A DNA stretch of 64,000 bases, taken from NCBI RefSeq assembly GCF_046119375.1, contig NW_027362768.1:377022001-377086000 (forward strand), given 5' to 3'. Under the pieces are notes generated by a model that did not search any database, had not been told where the DNA came from, and worked only from the letters and a program-made list of their open reading frames with translations. Both the position numbers and the translations under genes were made by a program. The stretch comes from Phyllobates terribilis (Eukaryota). Positions 38,401 through 52,059 of the stretch are shown piece by piece. Each line of letters opens with the position of its first letter. Positions within the stretch are counted from its first letter, which is position 1.

Positions 38401-41400
38401 CTGGTGCAGTCACTGTGTACATACATTACATTACTGATCCTGAGTTACCTCCTGTATTATACTCCAGAGCTGCACTCACTATTCTGCTGGTGCAGTCACT
38501 GTGTATATACATTACATTACTGATCCTGAGTTACATCCTGTATTATCCTCCAGAGCTGCACTCACTATTCTGCTGGTGCAGTCACTGTGTACATACATTA
38601 CATTACTGATCCTGAGTTGCATCCTGCAGTATCCTCCAGAGCTGCACTCACTATTCTGCTGGTGGAGTCACTGTGTACATACATTACATTACTGATCCTG
38701 AGTTACATCCTGTATTATACCCCAGAGCTGCACTCACTATTCTGCTGGTGCAGTCACCGTGTACATACATTACATTACTGATCCTGAGTTACATCCTGTA
38801 TTATACTCTAGAGCTGCACTCACTATTCTGCTGGTGCAGTCACTGTGTACATACATTACATTACTGATCCTGAGTTACCTCCTGTATTATACTCCAGAGC
38901 TGCACTCACTATTCTGCTGGTGCAGTCACTGTGTATATACATTACATTACTGATCCTGAGTTACATCCTGTATTATCCTCCAGAGCTGCACTCACTATTC
39001 TGCTGGTGGAGTCACTGTGTACATACATTACATTACTGATCCTGAGTTACATCCTGTATTATACTCCAGAGCTGCGCTCACTATTCTGCTGGTGCAGTCA
39101 CTGTGTACATACATTACATTACTGATCCTGAGTTACCTCCTGTATTATACTCCAGAGCTGCACTCACTATTCTGCTGGTGCAGTCACTGTGTATATACAT
39201 TACATTACTGATCCTAAGTTACATCCTGTATTATCCTCCAGAGCTGCACTCACTATTCTGCTGGTGCAGTCACTGTGTACATACATTACATTACTGATCC
39301 TGAGTTGCATCCTGCAGTATCCTCCAGAGCTGCACTCACTATTCTGCTGGTGCAGTCACTGTGTACATACATTACATTACTGATCCTGAGTTACATCCTG
39401 TATTATACCCCAGAGCTGCACTCACTATTCTGCTGGTGCAGTCACTGTGTACATACATTACATTACTGATCCTGAGTTACATCCTGTATTATACTCCAGA
39501 GCTGCACTCACTATTCTGCTGGTGCAGTCACTGTGTACATACATTACATTACTGATCCTGAGTTACCTCCTGTATTATACTCCAGAGCTGCACTCACTAT
39601 TCTGCTGGTGCAGTCACTGTGTATATACATTACATTACTGATCCTGAGTTACATCCTGTATTATCCTCCAGAGCTGCACTCACTATTCTGCTTGTGCAGT
39701 CACTGTGTACATACATTACATTACTGATCCTGAGTTGCATCCTGCAGTATCCTCCAGAGCTGCACTCACTATTCTGCTGGTGGAGTCACTGTGTACATAC
39801 ATTACATTACTGATCCTGAGTTACATCCTGTATTATACTCCAGAGCTGCACCCACTATTCTGCTGGTGCAGTCACCGTGTACATACATTACATTACTGAT
39901 CCTGAGTTACATCCTGTATTATACTCTAGAGCTGCACTCACTATTCTGCTGGTGCAGTCACTGTGTACATACATTACATTACTGATCCTGAGTTACCTCC
40001 TGTATTATACTCCAGAGCTGCACTCACTATTCTGCTGGTGCAGTCACTGTGTATATACATTACATTACTGATCCTGAGTTACATCCTGTATTATCCTCCA
40101 GAGTTGCACTTACTATTCTGCTGGTGGAGTCACTGTGTACATACATTACATTACTGATCCTGAGTTACATCCTGTATTATACTCCAGAGCTGCGCTCACT
40201 ATTCTGCTGGTGCAGTCACTGTGTACATACATTACATTACTGATCCTGAGTTACATCCTGTATTATACTCCAGAGCTGCACTCACTATTCTGCTGGTGCA
40301 GTCACTGTGTATATACATTACATTACTGATCCTAAGTTACATCCTGTATTATCCTCCAGAGCTGCACTCACTATTCTGCTGGTGCAGTCACTGTGTACAT
40401 ACATTACATTACATTACTGATCCTGAGTTGCATCCTGCAGTATCCTCCAGAGCTGCACTCACTATTCTGCTGGTGGAGTCACTGTGTACATACATTACAT
40501 TACTGATCCTGAGTTACATCCTGTATTATACCCCAGAGCTGCACTCACTATTCTGCTGGTGCAGTCACCGTGTACATACATTACATTACTGATCCTGAGT
40601 TACATCCTGTATTATACTCTAGAGCTGCACTCACTATTCTGCTGGTGCAGTCACTGTGTACATACATTACATTACTGATCCTGAGTTACATCCTGTATTA
40701 TACTCCAGAGCTGCACTCACTATTCTGCTGGTGCAGTCACTGTGTACATACATTACATTACTGATCCTGAGTTACATCCTGTATTATACTCCAGAGCTGC
40801 ACTCACTATTCTGCTGGTGCAGTCACTGTGTACATACATTACATTACATTACTGATCCTGAGTTACATCCTGTATTATCCTCCAGAGCTGCACTCACTAT
40901 TCTGCTGGTGGAGTCACTGTGTACATACATTACATTACTGATCCTGAGTTACATCCTGTATTATACTCCAGAGCTGCACTCACTATTCAGCTGGTGCAGT
41001 CACTGTGTACATACATTACATTACTGATCCTGAGTTACATCCTGTATTATACTCCAGAGCTGCACTCACTATTCTGCTGGTGCAGTCACTGTGTACATAC
41101 ATTACATTACTGATCCTGAGTTACATCCTGTATTATACTCCAGAGCTGCACTCACTATTCAGCTGGTGCAGTCACTGTGTACATACATTACATTACTGAT
41201 CCTGAGTTACATCCTGTATTATACTCCAGAGCTGCACTCACTATTCTGCTGGTGCAGTCACTGTGTACATACATTACATTACATTACTGATCCTGAGTTA
41301 CATCCTGTATTATCCTCCAGAGCTGCACTCACTATTCTGCTGGTGGAGTCACTGTGTACATACATTACATTATTGATCCTGAGTTACATCCTGTATTATA

Positions 41401-44400
41401 CCCCAGAGCTGCACTCACTATTCTGCTGGTGCAGTCACTGTGTACATTACATTACATTACTGATCCTGAGTTACATCCTGTATTATACTCCAGAGCTGCA
41501 CTCACTATTCTGCTGGTGCAGTCACAGTGTACATACATTACATTACTGATCCTGAGTTACATCCTGTATTATACTCCAGAGCTGCACTCACTATTCTGCT
41601 GGTGGAGTCACTGTGTACATACATTACATTATTGATCCTGAGTTACATCCTGTATTATACCCCAGAGCTGCACTCACTATTCTGCTGGTGCAGTCACTGT
41701 GTACATACATTACATTACTGATCCTGAGTTACATCCTGTATTATACTCCAGAGCTGCACTCACTATTCTGCTGGTGCAGTCACTGTGCACATACATTACA
41801 TTACTGATCCTGAGTTACATCCTGTATTATACTCCAGAGCTGCACTCACTATTCTGCTGGTGCAGTCACTGTGTACATACATTACATTACTGATCCTGAG
41901 TTACATCCTGTATTATACTCTAGAGCTGCACTCACTATTCTGCTGGTGCAGTCACTGTGTACATACATTACATTACATTACTGATCCTGAGTTACATCCT
42001 GTATTATACTCCAGAGCTGCACTCACTATTCTCCTGGTGCAGTCACTGTGTATATACATTACATTACTGATCCTGAGTTACATCCTGTATTATCCTCCAG
42101 AGCTGCACTCACTATTCTGCTGGTGCAGTCACAGTGTACATACATTACATTACTGATCCTGAGTTACATCCTGTATTATACTCCAGAGCTGCACTCACTA
42201 TTCTGCTGGTGCAGTCACTGTGTACATACATTACATTACTGATCCTGAGTTACATCCTGTATTATACCCCAGAGCTGCACTCACTATTCTGCTGGTGCAG
42301 TCACCGTGTACATACATTACATTACTGATCCTGAGTTACATCCTGTATTATACTCTAGAGCTACACTCACTATTCTGCTGGTGCAGTCACTGTGTACATA
42401 CATTACATTACTGATCCTGAGTTACCTCCTGTATTATACTCCAGAGCTGCACTCACTATTCTGCTGGTGCAGTCACTGTGTATATACATTACATTACTGA
42501 TCCTGAGTTACATCCTGTATTATCCTCCAGAGCTGCACTCACTATTCTGCTGGTGGAGTCACTGTGTACATACATTACTTTACTGATCCTGAGTTACATC
42601 CTGTATTATACCCCAGAGCTGCACTCACTATTCTGCTGGTGCAGTCACTGTGCACATACATTACATTACTGATCCTGAGTTACATCCTGTATTATACTCC
42701 GGAGCTGCACTCACTATTCTGCTGGTGCAGTCACTGTGTACATACATTACATTACTGATCCTGAGTTACATCCTGTATTATACTCCAGAGCTGCACTCAC
42801 TATTCTGCTGGTGCAGTCACTGTGTATATACATTACATTACTGATCCTGAGTTACATCCTGTATTATCCTCCAGAGCTGCACTCACTATTCTGCTGGTGC
42901 AGTCACTGTGTACATACATTACATTACTGATCCTGAGTTGCATCCTGCAGTATCCTCCAGAGCTGCACTCACTATTCTGCTGGTGGAGTCACTGTGTACA
43001 TACATTACATTACTGATCCTGAGTTACATCCTGTATTATACTCCAGAGCTGCACTCACTATTCTGCTGGTGCAGTCACTGTGTATATACATTACATTACT
43101 GATCCTGAGTTACATCCTGTATTATCCTCCAGAGCTGCACTCACTATTCTGCTGGTGCAGTCACTGTGTACATACATTACATTACTGATCCTGAGTTGCA
43201 TCCTGCAGTATCCTCCAGAGCTGCACTCACTATTCTGCTGGTGGAGTCACTGTGTACATACATTACATTACTGATCCTGAGTTACATCCTGTATTATACT
43301 CTAGAGCTGCACTCACTATGCTGCTGGTGCAGTCACCGTGTACATACATTACATTACTGATCCTGAGTTACATCCTGTATTATACTCTAGAGCTGCACTC
43401 ACTATTCTGCTGGTGCAGTCACTGTGTACATACATTACATTACTGATCCTGAGTTACATCCTGTATTATACTCTAGAGCTGCACTCACTATTCTGCTGGT
43501 GCAGTCACCGTGTACATACATTACATTACTGATCCTGAGTTACATCCTGTATTATACTCTAGAGCTGCACTCACTATTCTGCTGGTGCAGTCACTGTGTA
43601 CATACATTACATTACTGATCCTGAGTTACCTCCTGTATTATACTCCAGAGCTGCACTCACTATGCTGCTGGTGCAGTCACTGTGTATATACATTACATTA
43701 CTGATCCTGAGTTACATCCTGTATTATCCTCCAGAGCTGCACTCACTATTCTGCTGGTGGAGTCACTGTGTACATACATTACATTACTGATCCTGAGTTA
43801 CATCCTGTATTATACTCCAGAGCTGCGCTCACTATTCTGCTGGTGCAGTCACTGTGTACATACATTACATTACTGATCCTGAGTTACCTCCTGTATTATA
43901 CTCCAGAGCTGCACTCACTATTCTGCTGGTGCAGTCACTGTGTATATACATTACATTACTGATCCTAAGTTACATCCTGTATTATCCTCCAGAGCTGCAC
44001 TCACTATTCTGCTGGTGCAGTCACTGTGTACATACATTACATTACTGATCCTGAGTTGCATCCTGCAGTATCCTCCAGAGCTGCACTCACTATTCTGCTG
44101 GTGGAGTCACTGTGTACATACATTACATTACTGATCCTGAGTTACATCCTGTATTATACCCCAGAGCTGCACTCACTATTCTGCTGGTGCAGTCACCGTG
44201 TACATACATTACATTACTGATCCTGAGTTACATCCTGTATTATACTCTAGAGCTGCACTCACTATTCTGCTGGTGCAGTCACTGTGTACATACATTACAT
44301 TACATTACTGATCCTGAGTTACATCCTGTATTATCCTCCAGAGCTGCACTCACTATTCTGCTGGTGCAGTCACTGTGTACATACATTACATTACTGATCC

Positions 44401-47400
44401 TGAGTTACCTCCTGTATTATACTCCAGAGCTGCACTCACTATTCTGCTGGTGCAGTCACTGTGTATATACATTACATTACTGATCCTGAGTTACATCCTG
44501 TATTATCCTCCAGAGCTGCACTCACTATTCTGCTGGTGCAGTCACTGTGTACATACATTACATTACTGATCCTGAGTTACATCCTGTATTATACTCTAGA
44601 GCTGCACTCACTATTCTGCTGGTGCAGTCACTGTGTACATACATTACATTACATTACTGATCCTGAGTTACATCCTGTATTATACTCCAGAGCTGCACTC
44701 ACTATTCTCCTGGTGCAGTCACTGTGTATATACATTACATTACTGATCCTGAGTTACATCCTGTATTATCCTCCAGAGCTGCACTCACTATTCTGCTGGT
44801 GCAGTCACAGTGTACATACATTACATTACTGATCCTGAGTTACATCCTGTATTATACTCCAGAGCTGCACTCACTATTCTGCTGGTGCAGTCACTGTGTA
44901 CATACATTACATTACTGATCCTGAGTTACATCCTGTATTATACTCCAGAGCTGCACTCACTATTCTGCTGGTACAGTCACTGTGTACATACATTACATTA
45001 CTGATCCTGAGTTACATCCTGTATTATATTCCAGAGCTGCACTCACTATTCTGCTGGTGCAGTCACTGTGTACATACATTACATTACTGATCCTGAGTTA
45101 CCTCCTGTATTATACTCCAGAGCTGCACTCACTATTCTGCTGGTGCAGTCACTGTGCACATACATTACATTACTGATCCTGAGTTACATCCTGTATTATC
45201 CTCCAGAGCTGCACTCACTATTCTGCTGGTGCAGTCACTGTGTACATACATTACATTACTGATCCTGAATTGCATCCTGCAGTATCCTCCAGAGCTGCAC
45301 TCACTATTCTGCTGGTGGAGTCACTGTGTATATACATTACATTACTGATCCTGAGTTACCTCCTGTATTATACTCCAGAGCTGCACTCACTATTCTGCTG
45401 GTGCAGTCACTGTGTACATACATTACATTACTGATCCTGAGTTACCTCCTGTATTATACTCCAGAGCTGCACTCACTATTCTGCTGGTGCAGTCACTGTG
45501 TATATACATTACATTACTGATCCTGAGTTACATCCTGTATTATCCTCCAGAGCTGCACTCACTATTCTGCTGGTGCAGTCACTGTGTACATACATTACAT
45601 TACTGATCCTGAGTTGCATCCTGCAGTATCCTCCAGAGCTGCACTCACTATTCTGCTGGTGGAGTCACTGTGTACATACATTACATTACTGATCCTGAGT
45701 TACATCCTGTATTATACCCCAGAGCTGCACTCACTATTCTGCTGGTGCAGTCACCGTGTACATACATTACATTACTGATCCTGAGTTACATCCTGTATTA
45801 TACTCTAGAGCTGCACTCACTATTCTGCTGGTGCAGTCACTGTGTACATACATTACATTACTGATCCTGAGTTACCTCCTGTATTATACTCCAGAGCTGC
45901 ACTCACTATTCTGCTGGTGCAGTCACTGTGTATATACATTACATTACTGATCCTGAGTTACATCCTGTATTATCCTCCAGAGCTGCACTCACTATTCTGC
46001 TGGTGGAGTCACTGTGTACATACATTACATTACTGATCCTGAGTTACATCCTGTATTATACTCCAGAGCTGCGCTCACTATTCTGCTGGTGCAGTCACTG
46101 TGTACATACATTACATTACTGATCCTGAGTTACCTCCTGTATTATACTCCAGAGCTGCACTCACTATTCTGCTGGTGCAGTCACTGTGTATATACATTAC
46201 ATTACTGATCCTAAGTTACATCCTGTATTATCCTCCAGAGCTGCACTCACTATTCTGCTGGTGCAGTCACTGTGTACATACATTACATTACTGATCCTGA
46301 GTTGCATCCTGCAGTATCCTCCAGAGCTGCACTCACTATTCTGCTGGTGCAGTCACTGTGTACATACATTACATTACTGATCCTGAGTTACATCCTGTAT
46401 TATACCCCAGAGCTGCACTCACTATTCTGCTGGTGCAGTCACTGTGTACATACATTACATTACTGATCCTGAGTTACATCCTGTATTATACTCCAGAGCT
46501 GCACTCACTATTCTGCTGGTGCAGTCACTGTGTACATACATTACATTACTGATCCTGAGTTACCTCCTGTATTATACTCCAGAGCTGCACTCACTATTCT
46601 GCTGGTGCAGTCACTGTGTATATACATTACATTACTGATCCTGAGTTACATCCTGTATTATCCTCCAGAGCTGCACTCACTATTCTGCTTGTGCAGTCAC
46701 TGTGTACATACATTACATTACTGATCCTGAGTTGCATCCTGCAGTATCCTCCAGAGCTGCACTCACTATTCTGCTGGTGGAGTCACTGTGTACATACATT
46801 ACATTACTGATCCTGAGTTACATCCTGTATTATACTCCAGAGCTGCACCCACTATTCTGCTGGTGCAGTCACCGTGTACATACATTACATTACTGATCCT
46901 GAGTTACATCCTGTATTATACTCTAGAGCTGCACTCACTATTCTGCTGGTGCAGTCACTGTGTACATACATTACATTACTGATCCTGAGTTACCTCCTGT
47001 ATTATACTCCAGAGCTGCACTCACTATTCTGCTGGTGCAGTCACTGTGTATATACATTACATTACTGATCCTGAGTTACATCCTGTATTATCCTCCAGAG
47101 CTGCACTTACTATTCTGCTGGTGGAGTCACTGTGTACATACATTACATTACTGATCCTGAGTTACATCCTGTATTATACTCCAGAGCTGCGCTCACTATT
47201 CTGCTGGTGCAGTCACTGTGTACATACATTACATTACTGATCCTGAGTTACATCCTGTATTATACTCCAGAGCTGCACTCACTATTCTGCTGGTGCAGTC
47301 ACTGTGTATATACATTACATTACTGATCCTAAGTTACATCCTGTATTATCCTCCAGAGCTGCACTCACTATTCTGCTGGTGCAGTCACTGTGTACATACA

Positions 47401-49365
47401 TTACATTACATTACTGATCCTGAGTTGCATCCTGCAGTATCCTCCAGAGCTGCACTCACTATTCTGCTGGTGGAGTCACTGTGTACATACATTACATTAC
47501 TGATCCTGAGTTACATCCTGTATTATACCCCAGAGCTGCACTCACTATTCTGCTGGTGCAGTCACCGTGTACATACATTACATTACTGATCCTGAGTTAC
47601 ATCCTGTATTATACTCTAGAGCTGCACTCACTATTCTGCTGGTGCAGTCACTGTGTACATACATTACATTACTGATCCTGAGTTACATCCTGTATTATAC
47701 TCCAGAGCTGCACTCACTATTCTGCTGGTGCAGTCACTGTGTACATACATTACATTACTGATCCTGAGTTACATCCTGTATTATACTCCAGAGCTGCACT
47801 CACTATTCTGCTGGTGCAGTCACTGTGTACATACATTACATTACATTACTGATCCTGAGTTACATCCTGTATTATCCTCCAGAGCTGCACTCACTATTCT
47901 GCTGGTGGAGTCACTGTGTACATACATTACATTACTGATCCTGAGTTACATCCTGTATTATACTCCAGAGCTGCACTCACTATTCAGCTGGTGCAGTCAC
48001 TGTGTACATACATTACATTACTGATCCTGAGTTACATCCTGTATTATACTCCAGAGCTGCACTCACTATTCTGCTGGTGCAGTCACTGTGTACATACATT
48101 ACATTACTGATCCTGAGTTACATCCTGTATTATCCTCCAGAGCTGCACTCACTATTCTGCTGGTGGAGTCACTGTGTACATACATTACATTATTGATCCT
48201 GAGTTACATCCTGTATTATACCCCAGAGCTGCACTCACTATTCTGCTGGTGCAGTCACTGTGTACATTACATTACATTACTGATCCTGAGTTACATCCTG
48301 TATTATACTCCAGAGCTGCACTCACTATTCTGCTGGTGCAGTCACAGTGTACATACATTACATTACTGATCCTGAGTTACATCCTGTATTATACTCCAGA
48401 GCTGCACTCACTATTCTGCTGGTGCAGTCACTGTGTACATACATTACATTACTGATCCTGAGTTACATCCTGTATTATACTCTAGAGCTGCACTCACTAT
48501 TCTCCTGGTGCAGTCACTGTGTATATACATTACATTACTGATCCTGAGTTACATCCTGTATTATCCTCCAGAGCTGCACTCACTATTCTGCTGGTGCAGT
48601 CACAGTGTACATACATTACATTACTGATCCTGAGTTACATCCTGTATTATACTCCAGAGCTGCACTCACTATTCTGCTGGTGCAGTCACTGTGTACATAC
48701 ATTACATTACTGATCCTGAGTTACATCCTGTATTATACTCTAGAGCTGCACTCACTATTCTGCTGGTGCAGTCACTGTGTACATACATTACATTACTGAT
48801 CCTGAGTTACATCCTGTATTATACTCCAGAGCTGCACTCACTATTCTGCTGGTGCAGTCACTGTGTACATACATTACATTACATTACTGATCCTGAGTTA
48901 CATCCTGTATTATCCTCCAGAGCTGCACTCACTATTCTGCTGGTGCAGTCACAGTGTACATACATTACATTACTGATCCTGAGTTACATCCTGTATTATC
49001 CTCCAGAGCTGCACTCACTATTCTGCTGGTGCAGTCACTGTGTACATACATTACATTACTGATCCTGAGTTACATCCTGTATTATACTCCAGAGCTGCAC
49101 TCACTATTCTGCTGGTGCAGTCACTGTGTACATACATTACATTACTGATCCTGAGTTACCTCCTGTATTATACTCCAGAGCTGCACTCACTATTCTGCTG
49201 GTGCAGTCACTGTGTACATACATTACATTACTGATCCTGAGTTACATCCTGTATTATACTCCAGAGCTGCACTCACTATTCTGCTGGTGCAGTCACTGTG
49301 TACATACATTACATTACTGATCCTGAGTTACCTCCGGTATTATACTCCAGAGCTGCACTCACTAC
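32405..49365. repeat. ~17-kb array of the 86-bp satellite (~197 copies) with higher-order structure, between SEC13 and GHRL
   Basis: Continuous 86-bp periodicity (ORF starts step by 86), with occasional 81/91-bp units from loss/gain of ACATT. Diagnostic variants recur at 6825- and 6997-bp offsets. Confidence 0.98.
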
Positions 49366-49715
49366 ATACATTACATATACATTGTTGCTGATATTTCCGG
49401 TACTCCGTTCCTCTTTCCAGCTGTCACATCTTTGCTCTCCGTCGTACAATCTCGCCTCCTCTGACTTATCCATTATTATATAGATGGAAATAACCGCGGA
49501 CAAACACGACATCAGAGCAATAAAAGAAATTCTTCCTGCTCCGTCCTGCGCTATCAGTCTCAGGTCCCCGGGGTCAGCACTGCGGCCGCGGTCACAATGG
49601 CTTCTCCCTACATTCCCTCGTTGTGTAGGTTCAGTCGCCGCTGTATCTCACGTCCTCGCAGATTTCCACCCCACCTGGTTCCTCGGGAGACGCTCCACAT
49701 TCCCTTGACCTTCCC

Positions 49716-49723
49716 TATAAATA
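49716..49723 (+). promoter_or_regulatory. TATA box of the ghrelin gene (TATAAATA)
   Basis: Canonical TATA ~150 bp upstream of the ghrelin ATG. A 3' splice site TTTTGCAG at 49831-49838 implies a short non-coding first exon, as in other vertebrate GHRL genes. Confidence 0.65.
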
Positions 49724-49868
49724 TGCTGCGGACTTGGGGGTGTGAAGACTTTCCTGTGAGGCTCCTTGTAGGTTTCTCCTCCAGGTTTTGGCCATTTTCG
49801 CTCCGGACTGAATTTAACGTATTTTTTCCATTTTGCAGATCTCCAGCGGGAAATCGGAATCAGGGAGG

Positions 49869-51775
49869 ATGCTGGGTAAAGCTTCGCTCTGCGCTGTCGT
49901 CATGTTTTGCCTTCTGTGGACGGAGGATGTGGACGGCGGATCGAGCTTCCTAAGCCCGGCAGATATGCAGAAAAACGCGGTAAGTGCAGAGCAGCGATCA
50001 CCAAACTGCAGCATTCTAGCAAACTGCAACTCCCAGCATCCTATGACTGTAGCCGTCAGGTGATGCAGAGTGGTGACGTTTTGCCACGTCTAGAAAGGCA
50101 CAACTTGGGGAAAGACATCAAAACAATTGTGCAATTTGACCATATGTGATACTCTATTCACCTCCAGAGCTGCATTCACACTTCTGCTAGTTTCCCCTTA
50201 GGTTTCAGCACATCATACTGTTGCATCCTGCTGGTTCAGCTTCTTCAGGCTGCATTTTCAGTTCATTATAGGAGTTCACAGTATAGATCTAAGATAGGTG
50301 ACAGTGAGCAGAATTGTGAGCACAGCTCTGGGAGTATTCTACTGAATTATGTATGTAGAAATTTTTTTACTTCTAAATTTTCTTCCAGGGTAAGAAGATA
50401 CCAAAAAAGCTGCATTACAACAATAATGGCCGCAGGGAGGCCGGAGACTCCGGGGAGGATGTCACAGACGATCACGCTGAAGATCAGGAAGAGATCGGGG
50501 TCTGTATATTGTGGGGTTCAGTGCAGGGAACGTTACGTGGGCCCCGGTGTAAGGTCACGTCTGTATGGTCCGGATTTGATGAGGATTTCGGTGCCGAGTT
50601 CTACGAGTGCTCCCCCGCTGGTTCCGTGCTCCCCCGCTGGTTCCGTGCTCCCCCGCTTGGTCCGTGCTCCCCGGCTGGGTCCGTGCTCCCCGGCTGGGTC
50701 CGTGCTCCCCCGCTTGGTCCGTGCTCCCCAGCTTGGTCCGTGCTCCCCCGCTGGGTCCGTGCTTAAGCCTGCACTTAGTTTTCTCTATTCCAGGTGATGA
50801 TCCCTCTGGATATTAATATGAAGATGACTCGGGAGCAAATCTGGAGGCAGAAAGGGGCCATAGAAAACCTCCTGCTCGGACTGTTCACTTTCGGCTCACC
50901 TGAAGGTACAGACCATTGTGTGACGCTATAACCTGGGGCTGAGGGTTCATTATCCAGCAAGTCACCCGGGTTATAGGAAAAAAAACAAATAGATCAGCGG
51001 CCACCAATGTAACCCCCTCCCCCACCACGCCAATATTTATACGGACAGACATGAGGCAATGGCGGAGTGAACGGACCCCTCATCTGGAGCTGCCAGAACC
51101 ACTGGACAAAGTGAAGAATTGCTGCATACAGTGCCTCTCCCTCCGGCAGCACATGGCCCCTAGATTATATGCCAATGTCTCTGATCATTAGCCTGTGAGC
51201 GATCGTCCAGTCTGATCCTGAGGTTAAAGGGATATTCCAGACTGTAAAACATGAAAGCGCACGATGCAACATTACAAAACTCACCGCAGTCCGCAGCCGA
51301 GCTACCACCTGCAGTCCGGCGTCACTTTGCTGCTCGGACATCGCTCACTAGGAGTCTATAGGGGAACTAACGTGAGCGGCTCCGCAGTGGGGGGAGCATA
51401 ATATGAAATGCACAAGAGGACGGAGACTATAGTAGGAGCTCAGCATGACTGTCAGTAGTGCATCATGGGAACTGTAGTCTGCTACCGAATTCAAAAAAGT
51501 GAAGCACATAGGGGGCAAAAGTGTGACCAAAAAGACCACTACACCTATACTATAATGAGCTTCTCATCTAAGCACTGGAGTGTCCCTCTAAGAGTCTGAA
51601 GTCGTTGTCGGAGGCCTCCTGTACTATGCTGCTGGTCGTGTGTGTGTGTGTATATATATATATATCATATAAAACAGATCCCACGCCCGAATGTACAATG
51701 TAACAACTCGTCATGTGATACAATGTTTTTTTACAAGTTTCCTCTCTTTATCTCACAGGTCCTCAGGAGGAGTAG
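49869..51775 (+). CDS. GHRL: Preproghrelin, 116 aa; coding exons 49869-49979, 50389-50499, 50794-50905, 51759-51775
   Basis: 23-aa signal peptide MLGKASLCAVVMFCLLWTEDVDG, then GSSFLSPADMQKNA|GKKIPKKLHYNNNGRR EAGDSGED...EEIG|VMIPLDINMKMTREQ...GSPE|GPQEE*. The GSSFLSP active core with acylatable Ser3, the position between SEC13 and TATDN2 (conserved synteny) and AATAAA at 51834-51839 all support the call. The short last exon is the least certain. Confidence 0.93.
50163..50333. mobile_element. Small element in a ghrelin intron with inverted ends homologous to the 86-bp satellite core
   Basis: TCCAGAGCTGCATTCACACTTCTGC (50163-50187) and GCAGAATTGTGAGCACAGCTCTGGGA (~50308-50333) are inverted copies of each other, and match the satellite segment CTCCAGAGCTGCACTCACTATTCTGC. 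Confidence 0.6.
50610..50765. repeat. 19-bp GC-rich minisatellite (CCCCCGCTGGTTCCGTGCT), ~8 copies, ghrelin intron
   Basis: Unit read directly. Source of the PLVPCSPAGSVLPR-type ORFs. Confidence 0.9.
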
Positions 51776-52059
51776 CCGTCCTCGCCCCCACAGCGCCCCC
51801 GTCCTGTCAATCACTGCAAGAACCTTTCAGTGAAATAAAATAGATGTTTACAAGCAATTTATCCGATTTGTGGTTATTTCTGACAGTCGTGTCCCAGCCT
51901 TTTATCAGGACACAATCCACTCCGCCGGTGAAGACACGTGTGACATCTACGGATTGCAGGTTCATTTTCTGTGTTGGTTGAATGGGCGAATGCGATGTCA
52001 CAGCTTAATGTTATATTCCAGTCCGACATCTCCCTCCACAGAGCGTGCAGTATCAGACA

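Noticed and set aside
32405-49365. About 200 64-aa ORFs ([25 protein letters not shown]...)
   Set aside because: Products of the 86-bp periodicity and GTG/TTG-type starts in a satellite. No splice structure and no protein family resemblance.
50426-50797. 123-aa ORF overlapping ghrelin exon and intron
   Set aside because: Out of frame with ghrelin and extended only by the 19-bp minisatellite.
50794-50865. Obestatin peptide in proghrelin
   Set aside because: The homologous segment (VMIPLDINMKMTREQIWRQKGAI) lacks the flanking basic cleavage site and Gly-Lys amidation signal of mammalian obestatin.
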